Of a DNA stretch of 32,000 bases, positions 9,874-18,437 are shown in pieces. The first letter of the stretch is position 1, and each line of letters opens with the position of its first letter. A program made the translations under genes and the position numbers. Origin of the DNA: a cyanobacterium endosymbiont of Braarudosphaera bigelowii (GTDB lineage: Bacteria; Cyanobacteriota; Cyanobacteriia; Cyanobacteriales; Microcystaceae); assembly GCF_020885515.1 (NCBI RefSeq), contig NZ_AP024987.1, forward strand, positions 1,320,001-1,352,000, in the 5' to 3' direction. A model generated the notes under the pieces. It searched no databases. It was not told the DNA's origin and saw nothing but the letters and a program-made list of their open reading frames with translations.

Positions 9874-10154
9874 AATTTTTTCTCCTAGATGAAATATAAA
9901 TTAACTTAACTTGAAGTTTAAAAATATTTTTTATATATCACTTTAGTAGTCTTTATAATTGTTCTGTTTTTAGAGAAACAGAACATGAAAAACTTTATAA
10001 AGTAAACTATTTATATTTTTAATTTTCTGAAAAAATAAATAAGGTATAAATTACAATTCTGTTTAAAAAACATTTATTTTTTAAATAGACTTTTAAATAA
10101 TGAACATGTAGGCTTTTATCATATTAGTAGTGACTAAAATAACTACTACTAATG

Positions 10155-10180
10155 ATTAATATGAATTAAGTCATATTAAT
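10155..10180 (-). terminator. Candidate hairpin just downstream of the GT2 gene
   Basis: Perfect 10-bp inverted repeat ATTAATATGA / TCATATTAAT (10155-10164 and 10171-10180) with a 6-nt loop. It starts 8 bp after the GT2 stop codon. A second 9-bp inverted repeat follows at 10123-10131 / 10145-10153. The stems are almost all A/T and there is no clear U-tract. Confidence 0.25.
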
Positions 10181-10187
10181 GATATGC

Positions 10188-11120
10188 TTACCTTCGCAGA
10201 AAACCTAATTTTTCACGTACTAAATATAAAGGACGATGTTTATCTTCACGATAAATCCTCCCAATATATTCACCGATAACTCCTAAAAATACTAGTTGAG
10301 TTCCACCAACAAACAGAATTGCAATAAAAGATAAGGTCCATCCAGGTACCCAACTTAAAGTAAACAATCTTACAAATAAAGCATAAAATATTCCAATAAC
10401 AGATAATGTAACAGTAAAGAGGCCAGCCCAAGTTGCCAATCTTAAAGGAACTAAAGAAAATGATAAAATACCATCAGCTGCAAAACGTATCATTTTAAAA
10501 AGTGGATACTTGCTAACTCCAGCTAAACGAGGACTACGCTGATAAGGAATTGCTATTTGACGAAATCCCACCCAGCTAACCATTCCGCGTAGAAAGCGAT
10601 CACGTTCTGGCATCATTTTAAGCACTTCAACAACTCGTCTATCTATTAATCGAAAATCTCCAGTATCAATAGGAATTGTCACATCCGACATACGATTCAT
10701 TACACGATAAAAAACTTTAGCACTCCATAATTTAAAAGCAGTTTCTCCTTGTCTATCAGTTCTTACACCATAGACAACATCATAGCCTTGAAACCAGTAA
10801 GATAACATATCCTTAATAATCTCAGGAGGATCCTGTAGATCAGCATCAATCAAGACTACAGCATCTCCCGAGGTATGATCTAGACCTGCAGTTACAGCCA
10901 TTTGATGTCCAAAATTGCGAGATAAAAAGATTACTTTTACTTGTTCATTGTCATATTGCAATTCTCGTAAAATCTCTGCTGTTTTGTCTTGACTACCATC
11001 GTCAACATAAACTAATTCAAATTCAGGATTGAAATTACTTAGGACAGTTACTAACTGATTATGAGCTTCTTGAATAACTTCTTGTTCGTTATAACAGGGA
11101 ATAACAATTGAAATAAGCAC
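10188..11120 (-). CDS. Family-2 glycosyltransferase, polyprenyl-phosphate sugar synthase type (GtrB/ArnC/DPM1-like)
   Basis: 310-aa ORF with a GTG start. It has ISIVIPCYNE, YVDDGSQD and LIDADLQDPPE (the DxD region), plus two C-terminal transmembrane helices ending in GEYIGRIYREDKHRPLYLV. This architecture is characteristic of GtrB/ArnC-type enzymes that load a sugar onto undecaprenyl phosphate. Confidence 0.9.
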   Translation of the reverse strand: MLISIVIPCYNEQEVIQEAHNQLVTVLSNFNPEFELVYVDDGSQDKTAEILRELQYDNEQVKVIFLSRNFGHQMAVTAGLDHTSGDAVVLIDADLQDPPEIIKDMLSYWFQGYDVVYGVRTDRQGETAFKLWSAKVFYRVMNRMSDVTIPIDTGDFRLIDRRVVEVLKMMPERDRFLRGMVSWVGFRQIAIPYQRSPRLAGVSKYPLFKMIRFAADGILSFSLVPLRLATWAGLFTVTLSVIGIFYALFVRLFTLSWVPGWTLSFIAILFVGGTQLVFLGVIGEYIGRIYREDKHRPLYLVREKLGFLRR

Positions 11121-11208
11121 TATTTACATCCTTTCAGTCTCTAAGAAATTTAAAACAAGTAAATTATCTGTTCTAATATTAATAATTAAGTTATTTCCAA
11201 AATTATGA

Positions 11209-12081
11209 TCATTTTTTGGGCGGTATTCCGTATAGAGTATGCTCTTCCATACTTAGGGTATAGCCCAAGGAATATAAAAAAGGTTGAATCGTAAGTAAAG
11301 AGGACTTTCCAGTTTTTACATCAGCATGAATATCTATACAAAGATAAGGTAAATAAGTTTGCAAAGTTTTTTTTGCACCTTGTAGTGCATAGAATTCAAA
11401 TCCTTCAATATCAATTTTAATGGCTGATGGTTTTATTGATTCTTGAGCAATATACTCATCTAACGTTATTGTTTTTACTGTATAAGTAGTAAACTTTGTA
11501 TTTGTATAAATATTACTATCTGAGGCTAAAGTTGACGTATCTGAAGCCCAAGATGAATTATTATCTTTATTGTATTCAATAAATTCAGCAGATCCTGATT
11601 GATCAGAAATTGCGTCAGGAACAACCATAACATTAGAAATATTATTTAAATTTAAAACTTTTTGTAAAATTTGTTGAGTATTCTTTGCAGGCTCAAAAGC
11701 ATAAACTTTACCTTTATCTCCAACAGCTTGACTCAATGGTAAGCTAATGACTCCAAAAGATGCACCAATATCTAATACAGTATCTCCGTATTCGACTTTA
11801 GAACATAACCATTGCGCACAATGCTCTTCTACCAAGAAGTTAAGTTTCTTTTCTGGTAGAGGTGATAAACAATGCTGATAGGTTTGTAAAATCTCAATTG
11901 GAGATAAAATTTGAATTGCATTTAAGGAACATTGGACTACACTTTCAGGCTTAATATTATCTAAAAGATCTTTTATTATCTCACGTTTCTGATCTTTTAA
12001 TATTTGATCAAGAGCATTTAAAATATCAATAATTCCTATAATTTTACGTAACTTATTGATTAAATAGTTTTTAGTTCCCAT
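11209..12081 (-). CDS. FkbM-family SAM-dependent methyltransferase
   Basis: 290-aa ORF with VLDIGASFGVISL (SAM-binding glycine-rich motif), YAFEP, and the C-terminal IKIDIEGFEFYALQGA signature of FkbM-type methyltransferases. Confidence 0.8.
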   Translation of the reverse strand: MGTKNYLINKLRKIIGIIDILNALDQILKDQKREIIKDLLDNIKPESVVQCSLNAIQILSPIEILQTYQHCLSPLPEKKLNFLVEEHCAQWLCSKVEYGDTVLDIGASFGVISLPLSQAVGDKGKVYAFEPAKNTQQILQKVLNLNNISNVMVVPDAISDQSGSAEFIEYNKDNNSSWASDTSTLASDSNIYTNTKFTTYTVKTITLDEYIAQESIKPSAIKIDIEGFEFYALQGAKKTLQTYLPYLCIDIHADVKTGKSSLLTIQPFLYSLGYTLSMEEHTLYGIPPKK

Positions 12082-12260
12082 ACTTTCTTTAAGTTGCCAA
12101 TTGAAATAAATCTAACATTAAGAGATTAGTTAGAAGACTTCTAATTATATGTTCGAAGTTCCTAGAAATTAAAATAATTACTCTTTTTCCTATTTATATT
12201 TATCATGTATACGTGTAGATACTGAGAATTGAGAATCAAATTGTATTTATTAAACCAGAT

Positions 12261-14042
12261 ATGTATTCTAAAAACTTTAAACTTGAAAAATTTTCATCAC
12301 AAATATTGTTTGCATCTTTAATAATCATATATTATTTAATTGGTTTTTATTTAATACAGAAAACATCAATCACTTCAGATGAATCTGCTTACATCGGTGC
12401 TGCGTACTCTTATATACAAGGTCTTGGATTAAACTGGGAACATCCTCTTCTTTTAAAGTTAATTGACTCAGTAATTTTTAACTTATTTTTCTCAAATCAT
12501 GAAGCATTAATACCAACTATTAATCTTATTAATGGGCAAGAAAATATTGAAGCTCGTTTGGCTGCTTTTAATGTAGGGTATGAGCTCCTGACAAAAGATT
12601 CTGAAGCATTTCATAGAATAGTTTTTAGTCTACGCTTTGTACACCTGTTTTTCAACAGCTTCATTTTTATATGGTTTTATTTATATACTTTTATATTTAA
12701 TGAGATTGATTCTATAATTTCTATAATTTTTCTTATTTTATATATTTTTTCTCCTAGTTTTTATAGTCATAATTTTTTAATTGCTTTTGATGTTAGTGTT
12801 AGTCTATATGCATTACTATTCATTCTGAGTTTTTCTTTTCTTGTAAAGTCTCTTGTTCAAGGAAAAAATAAATATTTAGCAGCATATTTCACTTTATTTA
12901 CATTACTTTTATTTATTGCTATTAATGTAAAGTTTAGTAATTTAATTCTTATACCAATTATAGGATTGGTATACATCGTTTATAGTATTTATTTACTAAT
13001 CAAAAAACGCAAGCAAAAATTTTTACAAATTACCTTTTTAGGAAGTTTGAGTTTGTTATTACAGGTTGTTTTGACTGTTTCAATTTATAGCTTGGCTTTT
13101 AGAAATTTACCTAATAAATCTTTGTCAAATATTCTAAATATTTATATTCAAGGTATTGGGATGAATTTAAGTACAGCAAAAGGTATAAGAGAGCCCTTCC
13201 TAAATGGACAGTTCATATCAACAACAGCTATTAATTATTTATTAAAAATTTTTTGGTTTAAGGAAAATTTAATCCTTTTAATAATAGCAATTTTTCTCTT
13301 TTTAGTTTGTACAAAAAAAATATTATTTGTACAATATCCTATACAAAAAATACTTAAATCTTACCTTAACAAAAAAATATTGTTAGTTGTTAGTATAGTT
13401 TCTATGTATCCAGTAATTTACTTATGGATAAGTAGTAGTAGTCGTTTTGTTATTGGGTATAGATACTTCTACCCTATTATCATATTTGTCTATTTATTGT
13501 TTTCTACCTTATTGGTTACTTTTAGTTACAAGTGGAAAAAGTACATCTTATTAGGATTAATGACATCTTATATTTACTTAGGAATCACAGGAATTTCTCA
13601 ATCCTTAAGTTATGTTAATCCTCTTTGGAATAAAGAAAAATGGCAATTAGCTGATGACTCTACAGTTAATTGGGGACAGGAAACACAGCATGTAGTAGAG
13701 TATTTGATACAAAATAGATTATTGACAGAAAATAACGAAAATACTCTTGTCTATCAGCTTTTTGGTGTTAACATTGGTTTTGTACAATATCTTGAACTAT
13801 TAAGTAAAAATTACAAATACCCTATTAATATTCAATCTTACTATCAACCTATACTTGATCTAAAAAATAAAGAGATTACTAAGTTACCTTATAAGTATTT
13901 GCTAATTGACAGTACTGTGAAACAGCAGATATATGTAGAAAAAAATAATAATCTCGCTGCCTCTCAGAATTGGGATTTTTTAATAAAAAGAAAGCCGATT
14001 TATTCACGCAATAATATTATTTATATCTATCAAATTAAATGA
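12261..14042 (+). CDS. Polytopic membrane glycosyltransferase, GT-C fold (PMT_2 / ArnT / GT39-83-like)
   Basis: 593-aa ORF with more than 10 predicted hydrophobic helices. The first loop has SDESAY (a DE acidic motif) followed by EHPLLLKL, resembling the DE...HPPL(G)K signature of PMT/ArnT-like enzymes. It has a soluble C-terminal part of about 150 aa and is very AT-rich. Confidence 0.7.
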   Translation: MYSKNFKLEKFSSQILFASLIIIYYLIGFYLIQKTSITSDESAYIGAAYSYIQGLGLNWEHPLLLKLIDSVIFNLFFSNHEALIPTINLINGQENIEARLAAFNVGYELLTKDSEAFHRIVFSLRFVHLFFNSFIFIWFYLYTFIFNEIDSIISIIFLILYIFSPSFYSHNFLIAFDVSVSLYALLFILSFSFLVKSLVQGKNKYLAAYFTLFTLLLFIAINVKFSNLILIPIIGLVYIVYSIYLLIKKRKQKFLQITFLGSLSLLLQVVLTVSIYSLAFRNLPNKSLSNILNIYIQGIGMNLSTAKGIREPFLNGQFISTTAINYLLKIFWFKENLILLIIAIFLFLVCTKKILFVQYPIQKILKSYLNKKILLVVSIVSMYPVIYLWISSSSRFVIGYRYFYPIIIFVYLLFSTLLVTFSYKWKKYILLGLMTSYIYLGITGISQSLSYVNPLWNKEKWQLADDSTVNWGQETQHVVEYLIQNRLLTENNENTLVYQLFGVNIGFVQYLELLSKNYKYPINIQSYYQPILDLKNKEITKLPYKYLLIDSTVKQQIYVEKNNNLAASQNWDFLIKRKPIYSRNNIIYIYQIK

Positions 14043-16210
14043 TTCTAAACAATATATCTAAATTTGTAAATCAATTAATACACAGAAATCGTATAAGTTT
14101 TAAAATTATAGTTTTATATGGTGTTATTGCGCTTTCATTGATGGCACCAATGGCTTCATCAACAATAATTCCTTCTATTAATGATACTCCTTCCCATATA
14201 AGCTATATAGTACAGGCACGAGATGCTATCAACGAGGGGCAATTTCCTCTTCGTATAGCTCCTTTAGAAGATAATGGTTGGAGATATCCAGGATTTCAAT
14301 TTTATAGTCAACTACCTTATTTTATAGGTGGGTGGTTTTATAAATTACTTACTCCTAATAATCCTTATGATGCATATAAGTTGGTTATTATAATATCTCT
14401 TACTATGGGAGGATTATATGTTTATTTCCTAAGTCTTAAACTTACCAGATCTCGTATAGCATCTATTTTGAGTGGAGTTGCCTATATGTCAGCTCCCTAT
14501 TTTTTAAATAATATCCATGCGAGGGGAGCTTTTACTGAAACAGTTGCCCAAGGGATTCTCCCTATTGTTATTTACTATGCTCTCGAGTGCTACTTAACTA
14601 GAAAAAAACGCTACTTCGTTTTAAGTGCATTGAGCTGGTTTTGCTTAAGTATTACTCATATAATAACTTTTATTTACGGAACAATTTTTATTTTTTTTCT
14701 GCTTGTAATTGTTATTACTCAAACAAGGAAAACTAAATTTAGTTTTCCTTCTCTTGTAAGTTTACTAAAAGCTTATATTTTAGGATGGTTGTTAGGACTA
14801 TATTTTCTTGCTCCTATTATTTTAGTTTCTCCTTATCTTTCCATTCGTAAGCAGATTAAGGCAATTAATCCTTTTGGGACTAATACTTACACACCTATAG
14901 CTAATTTATTTTCTCCTGTATCTCTACCAGCTGAACCATCAGAAAATGGTTTGGCAGCTACTTATGGGCTTCATCCAGCTATTGGTTGGATATTTCTAAT
15001 TGCTTTTGGCATTGTAATATACTATAGATATTTTACTCCCTTCAATCCACCTAAATTAAAACTTATTCGTCCTTATATTGATGGATTACTATGTGTATTT
15101 CTTCTTGCTTTATTTTTAACTTGGAGTCCTATTAATATCTGGAATATTCTACCACGTCAGTTATGGGTAACCCAATTTACATTTCGTTTCATTACCCATA
15201 TTATGTGGGCAGGAGCATTGTTAACAGCATATGCGATTGTTCTTATTTTTCGTGAAAGACTTGATCGTCGCCATTTAATTATTGGAATATTACTAATTAT
15301 CTTATTTGGACGTTCATGGATCCCTGCCCCAAGAGGAACTCTAACTGTCAATAAGTTGGTAGAGGAACCGTTGTTCAAGTATTCCGGATCCTTGGATTAC
15401 TTATATCGTGCTCCTGTAAAAACTATTTACGGTAAAAATGAATTGCCTTTATTACATCCGGAATGGATTCCTGGATATAGTACATGGAATACCTTTGTTA
15501 ATCATCCTTTGATTCTTGATGCAGAGTTACGTTATCCAATATGGGATGAAAAAGAAAATCCTATAATCTTTTTAGAAGCAGAGATTTCTCCAATAAACAT
15601 TGAACAACCCATTATTCTAGAAGCCTATATTGATGGTAGAAAGATAAGTTCTGTATTTCTTAATTCTCCTAAACTTAATTGGCAGATTCCTTTGCCTAAA
15701 ATTTCACCATCTAGTAAAGATTTTGGGTTAAAGTTTGTGTTAAATGATGTTGCTGAAAATAAGCAGCTTCCCAACATTAGAGTTAATCGATTTTTCTTAG
15801 AAGGAATGTCTCCCGAGAAAACAATCATACCGGTTTCAGAAACACAACAATATTGTAAACAAGAAGGTATCAATACTGTTTGTGAACTTGTGGTTGGAGA
15901 AGAAGCTCAAATAGCTCAACTTCCTGTGCTTTATTATCCGAATATGTTTAAGCTATGGGTTGATAATAAACCCTTCAAAGAGTCTTTCCCAGTTCACTAT
16001 CGAGATTATAGTCTAGTAGGTTTAAAACTTAAAACAGGAAGCCATATAATAAAAACTACTTTTAATGGCTTAGTTTGGGCCAATTGGATAAGTGGTCTAA
16101 CTTGGCTTATTTTAGCTATCTACATTATTACACCTTTATATAAAGATTTGAAGAAAGAAAGCTTGAAGTCTCGAAATAATTCTTATTCCAAAAAATTAGG
16201 AAAGGATTAA
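14039..16210 (+). CDS. Large polytopic membrane protein, probably a second GT-C-like glycosyltransferase (YfhO/ArnT-like topology) with a soluble domain of about 250 aa and a C-terminal anchor helix
   Basis: 723-aa ORF whose ATG overlaps the upstream stop (ATGA at 14039-14042). Helix 1 is followed by a loop with NDTPSH (Asp49), then about 12 hydrophobic helices to roughly aa 425. A non-hydrophobic region spans aa ~431-679, followed by a final helix (WANWISGLTWLILAIYIITPLY) and a basic tail. The family assignment comes from topology and motif only. Confidence 0.55.
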   Translation: MILNNISKFVNQLIHRNRISFKIIVLYGVIALSLMAPMASSTIIPSINDTPSHISYIVQARDAINEGQFPLRIAPLEDNGWRYPGFQFYSQLPYFIGGWFYKLLTPNNPYDAYKLVIIISLTMGGLYVYFLSLKLTRSRIASILSGVAYMSAPYFLNNIHARGAFTETVAQGILPIVIYYALECYLTRKKRYFVLSALSWFCLSITHIITFIYGTIFIFFLLVIVITQTRKTKFSFPSLVSLLKAYILGWLLGLYFLAPIILVSPYLSIRKQIKAINPFGTNTYTPIANLFSPVSLPAEPSENGLAATYGLHPAIGWIFLIAFGIVIYYRYFTPFNPPKLKLIRPYIDGLLCVFLLALFLTWSPINIWNILPRQLWVTQFTFRFITHIMWAGALLTAYAIVLIFRERLDRRHLIIGILLIILFGRSWIPAPRGTLTVNKLVEEPLFKYSGSLDYLYRAPVKTIYGKNELPLLHPEWIPGYSTWNTFVNHPLILDAELRYPIWDEKENPIIFLEAEISPINIEQPIILEAYIDGRKISSVFLNSPKLNWQIPLPKISPSSKDFGLKFVLNDVAENKQLPNIRVNRFFLEGMSPEKTIIPVSETQQYCKQEGINTVCELVVGEEAQIAQLPVLYYPNMFKLWVDNKPFKESFPVHYRDYSLVGLKLKTGSHIIKTTFNGLVWANWISGLTWLILAIYIITPLYKDLKKESLKSRNNSYSKKLGKD

Positions 16211-16266
16211 ATATATTACTTTTTTTCTTGAAATGAAACTTTAATTTACAGCTGAACAGATATATT

Positions 16267-16992
16267 TCATTGATTGAGGAATATTTCAAGAAAAAATTTA
16301 GGAATTGTTAACATGCGTTTCCAACGCCAAGGTTCCTGATAAAGTCTGTATAACCATTCTAAATTATTATTCTGTAACCATAGAGGAGCACGCGATTTAT
16401 TTTCTGACCATATATCAAAGCTTCCCCCAATCCCCATCCAGATAGATTCAGGACATAGATCTCTATTTTTATAAATCCATTGTTCTTGACTAGGTACTCC
16501 TAGCCCAACCAAGATCAATTTAGGTTGTCTTGTAAACAATATATTTTTCCAATCCTCTTCTTCTTTAGAAGATAAATATCCATGGTTGGTTAGAATATCA
16601 GCTTTTGGTAATTTTTTTAGCCATTTTTCTGCTGATTTTTTAGCTACTCCAGGTTTTCCACCATAGAATGCAATTGGATGTCTATCTTTTTCATTACTTA
16701 ATATTTGAATTAAAACTTCCGCTAGTTGAATACCTGGACAACGCTTTTGATCTATTCCATTAAGTTTTAAAGATAAAGTTATTCCTGCACCATCAGGAAT
16801 AACCAACTGCGAACTTTTAATAATTTTTGCAAGTATACTATTCTGCTTCGTCATCATCGCCATTTCAGCATTAAGAGTAACAACATGTATTCCTTGATGC
16901 TCTTTTAGACTCTGTATCAACCATCCAGCATAATCAGTAGACAAATGAACAGGCAAACCAACAATTGGGAAAGATTTTAGAGATGATGGCAT
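16267..16992 (-). CDS. WecG/TagA/CpsF-family glycosyltransferase (GT26; N-acetylmannosaminyl/ManNAcA-transferase type)
   Basis: 241-aa ORF with family-typical blocks VVTLNAEMAMM, VIPDGAGI, FYGGKPGVA, LILVGLGVPSQEQW, MGIGGSFD and APLWLQNNNLEWLYRLYQEPWR. Confidence 0.88.
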   Translation of the reverse strand: MPSSLKSFPIVGLPVHLSTDYAGWLIQSLKEHQGIHVVTLNAEMAMMTKQNSILAKIIKSSQLVIPDGAGITLSLKLNGIDQKRCPGIQLAEVLIQILSNEKDRHPIAFYGGKPGVAKKSAEKWLKKLPKADILTNHGYLSSKEEEDWKNILFTRQPKLILVGLGVPSQEQWIYKNRDLCPESIWMGIGGSFDIWSENKSRAPLWLQNNNLEWLYRLYQEPWRWKRMLTIPKFFLEIFLNQ

Positions 16993-17227
16993 TACTTATT
17001 AAGACAAGATAGGCAAAACTAAATTATTAATATACAACAGACATCAAATAAAAACTAATTTATGAATATTATTCAGTTAATAGTTATAGATTGTAGTTTT
17101 TTTAATTACTTTAAACAAGTATTAGAAATCATCAACTTAAATCGTATATCCGATATGATTTTTTTGAGAGCCAAGCTACTAATTAAGGTTCACAGTAAAG
17201 AATATTGTTAAATTTAACTTAATGATG

Positions 17228-17257
17228 TTGACATATATTTGCTTTTTTTGATATGGT
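17228..17257 (+). promoter_or_regulatory. Candidate sigma70-type promoter of the str operon
   Basis: TTGACA (17228-17233), an 18-nt spacer containing TG, then TATGGT (17252-17257). It lies about 70 nt upstream of the rpsL ATG. This rests on sequence pattern only. Confidence 0.3.
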
Positions 17258-17327
17258 GAGAATTTGTCAGCTATCTTGAACAATTGATAGTTTTTTTGAC
17301 ATCTTCTTTCTATATAAAATTTATTTT

Positions 17328-17702
17328 ATGCCTACTATTCAGCAGTTAATTCGGAGTGAACGCTCCAAAGCAAAAAAGAAAACCAAGTCTCCAGCTCTTA
17401 AACAATGTCCTCAGCGCCGAGGAGTTTGCACTAGAGTCTATACTACTACTCCTAAAAAGCCAAACTCTGCTTTGAGAAAAGTAGCCAGAGTCCGTCTGAC
17501 TTCAGGGTTTGAAGTGACAGCTTACATACCAGGTATTGGGCATAACCTACAAGAACATTCTGTTGTATTGATTCGCGGAGGTCGGGTTAAAGATTTACCT
17601 GGTGTTCGTTATCATATCATCCGCGGAACCTTGGATGCTCAAGGAGTAAAAGATAGGAAACAAGGACGCTCTAAATATGGGGCTAAACGTCCCAAAGATT
17701 AG
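17328..17702 (+). CDS. rpsL: 30S ribosomal protein S12
   Basis: 124-aa ORF starting MPTIQQLIR, with [36 protein letters not shown]. It is nearly invariant S12 sequence and the first gene of the str operon. Confidence 0.98.
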   Translation: MPTIQQLIRSERSKAKKKTKSPALKQCPQRRGVCTRVYTTTPKKPNSALRKVARVRLTSGFEVTAYIPGIGHNLQEHSVVLIRGGRVKDLPGVRYHIIRGTLDAQGVKDRKQGRSKYGAKRPKD

Positions 17703-17806
17703 ATCATATCTTTGAAAATACAGATTAATTAAAGTCCACAGACTTTGAGAGCCTAAATTGATAGAATCGTTTAACAGTCTTAATTATTCAAAAGGAAAAG
17801 ATTATT

Positions 17807-18277
17807 ATGTCCCGTCGAGGAAATATTAAAAGGAAACCAGTACCTCCTGATCCAGTATATAGTAGTTGTTTACTTAATATGACTATTCGTCGAGTAATGA
17901 AAAGCGGTAAAAAATCTGTCGCTGCAGGCATTGTATATGATGCTATGAAAGTAATTGGAGAACGAACTGGTAAAGAACCTCTAGAAGTTTTTGAACAGGC
18001 GATAAAAAATCTAACACCACTAGTAGAAGTTAAGGCCCGACGTGTTGGAGGGGCAACCTATCAGGTACCTATGGAAGTTCGCCCTTCTAGAGGCACAACT
18101 TTAGCTTTAAGATGGTTGATTCGATACTCTAGAATTAGGGGCGGCCGTACTATGGCTGGCAAATTGGCCAGTGAAATTATGGATGCTGCTAATGAAACAG
18201 GTGCAGCAATGAAAAAACGTGATGAAACTCATCGTATGGCTGATGCGAACAAAGCCTTCGCACATTATCGTTATTAA
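17807..18277 (+). CDS. rpsG: 30S ribosomal protein S7
   Basis: 156-aa ORF with the canonical S7 blocks [34 protein letters not shown] and [10 protein letters not shown]. An AAGGAAAAG purine-rich stretch lies upstream. Confidence 0.98.
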   Translation: MSRRGNIKRKPVPPDPVYSSCLLNMTIRRVMKSGKKSVAAGIVYDAMKVIGERTGKEPLEVFEQAIKNLTPLVEVKARRVGGATYQVPMEVRPSRGTTLALRWLIRYSRIRGGRTMAGKLASEIMDAANETGAAMKKRDETHRMADANKAFAHYRY

Positions 18278-18437
18278 TGAGAACTTTTTCAGCAATTCTG
18301 TTTAATTCTAGTACCTCCTTTCTGAAGTTAGCCTACTATAGATTTCTTAAAAGAGAAATATTAAGATTGTAAGTAGCATAATTTAGTAAATAATATAAAC
18401 GTATAAAAATACTTAGGTAAGCCATAAGGAGGCAGTT

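Noticed and set aside
15157-15873. Two minus-strand ORFs (15157-15378, 73 aa; 15625-15873, 82 aa) inside the 723-aa membrane protein gene
   Set aside because: Both are nested antisense to the long ORF and have no motifs. The long plus-strand frame has coherent membrane-protein topology along its whole length.
17296-17320. Second TTGACA hexamer just upstream of rpsL as a promoter
   Set aside because: The only A/T-rich -10 candidates (TATAAA, TAAAAT) are 11-13 nt away, which is too short a spacer. The transcript would also start essentially at the ATG. The upstream TTGACA-N18-TATGGT is more plausible.
18107-18295. 62-aa minus-strand ORF overlapping the rpsG 3' end
   Set aside because: It is antisense to the highly conserved S7 coding sequence, so it is spurious.
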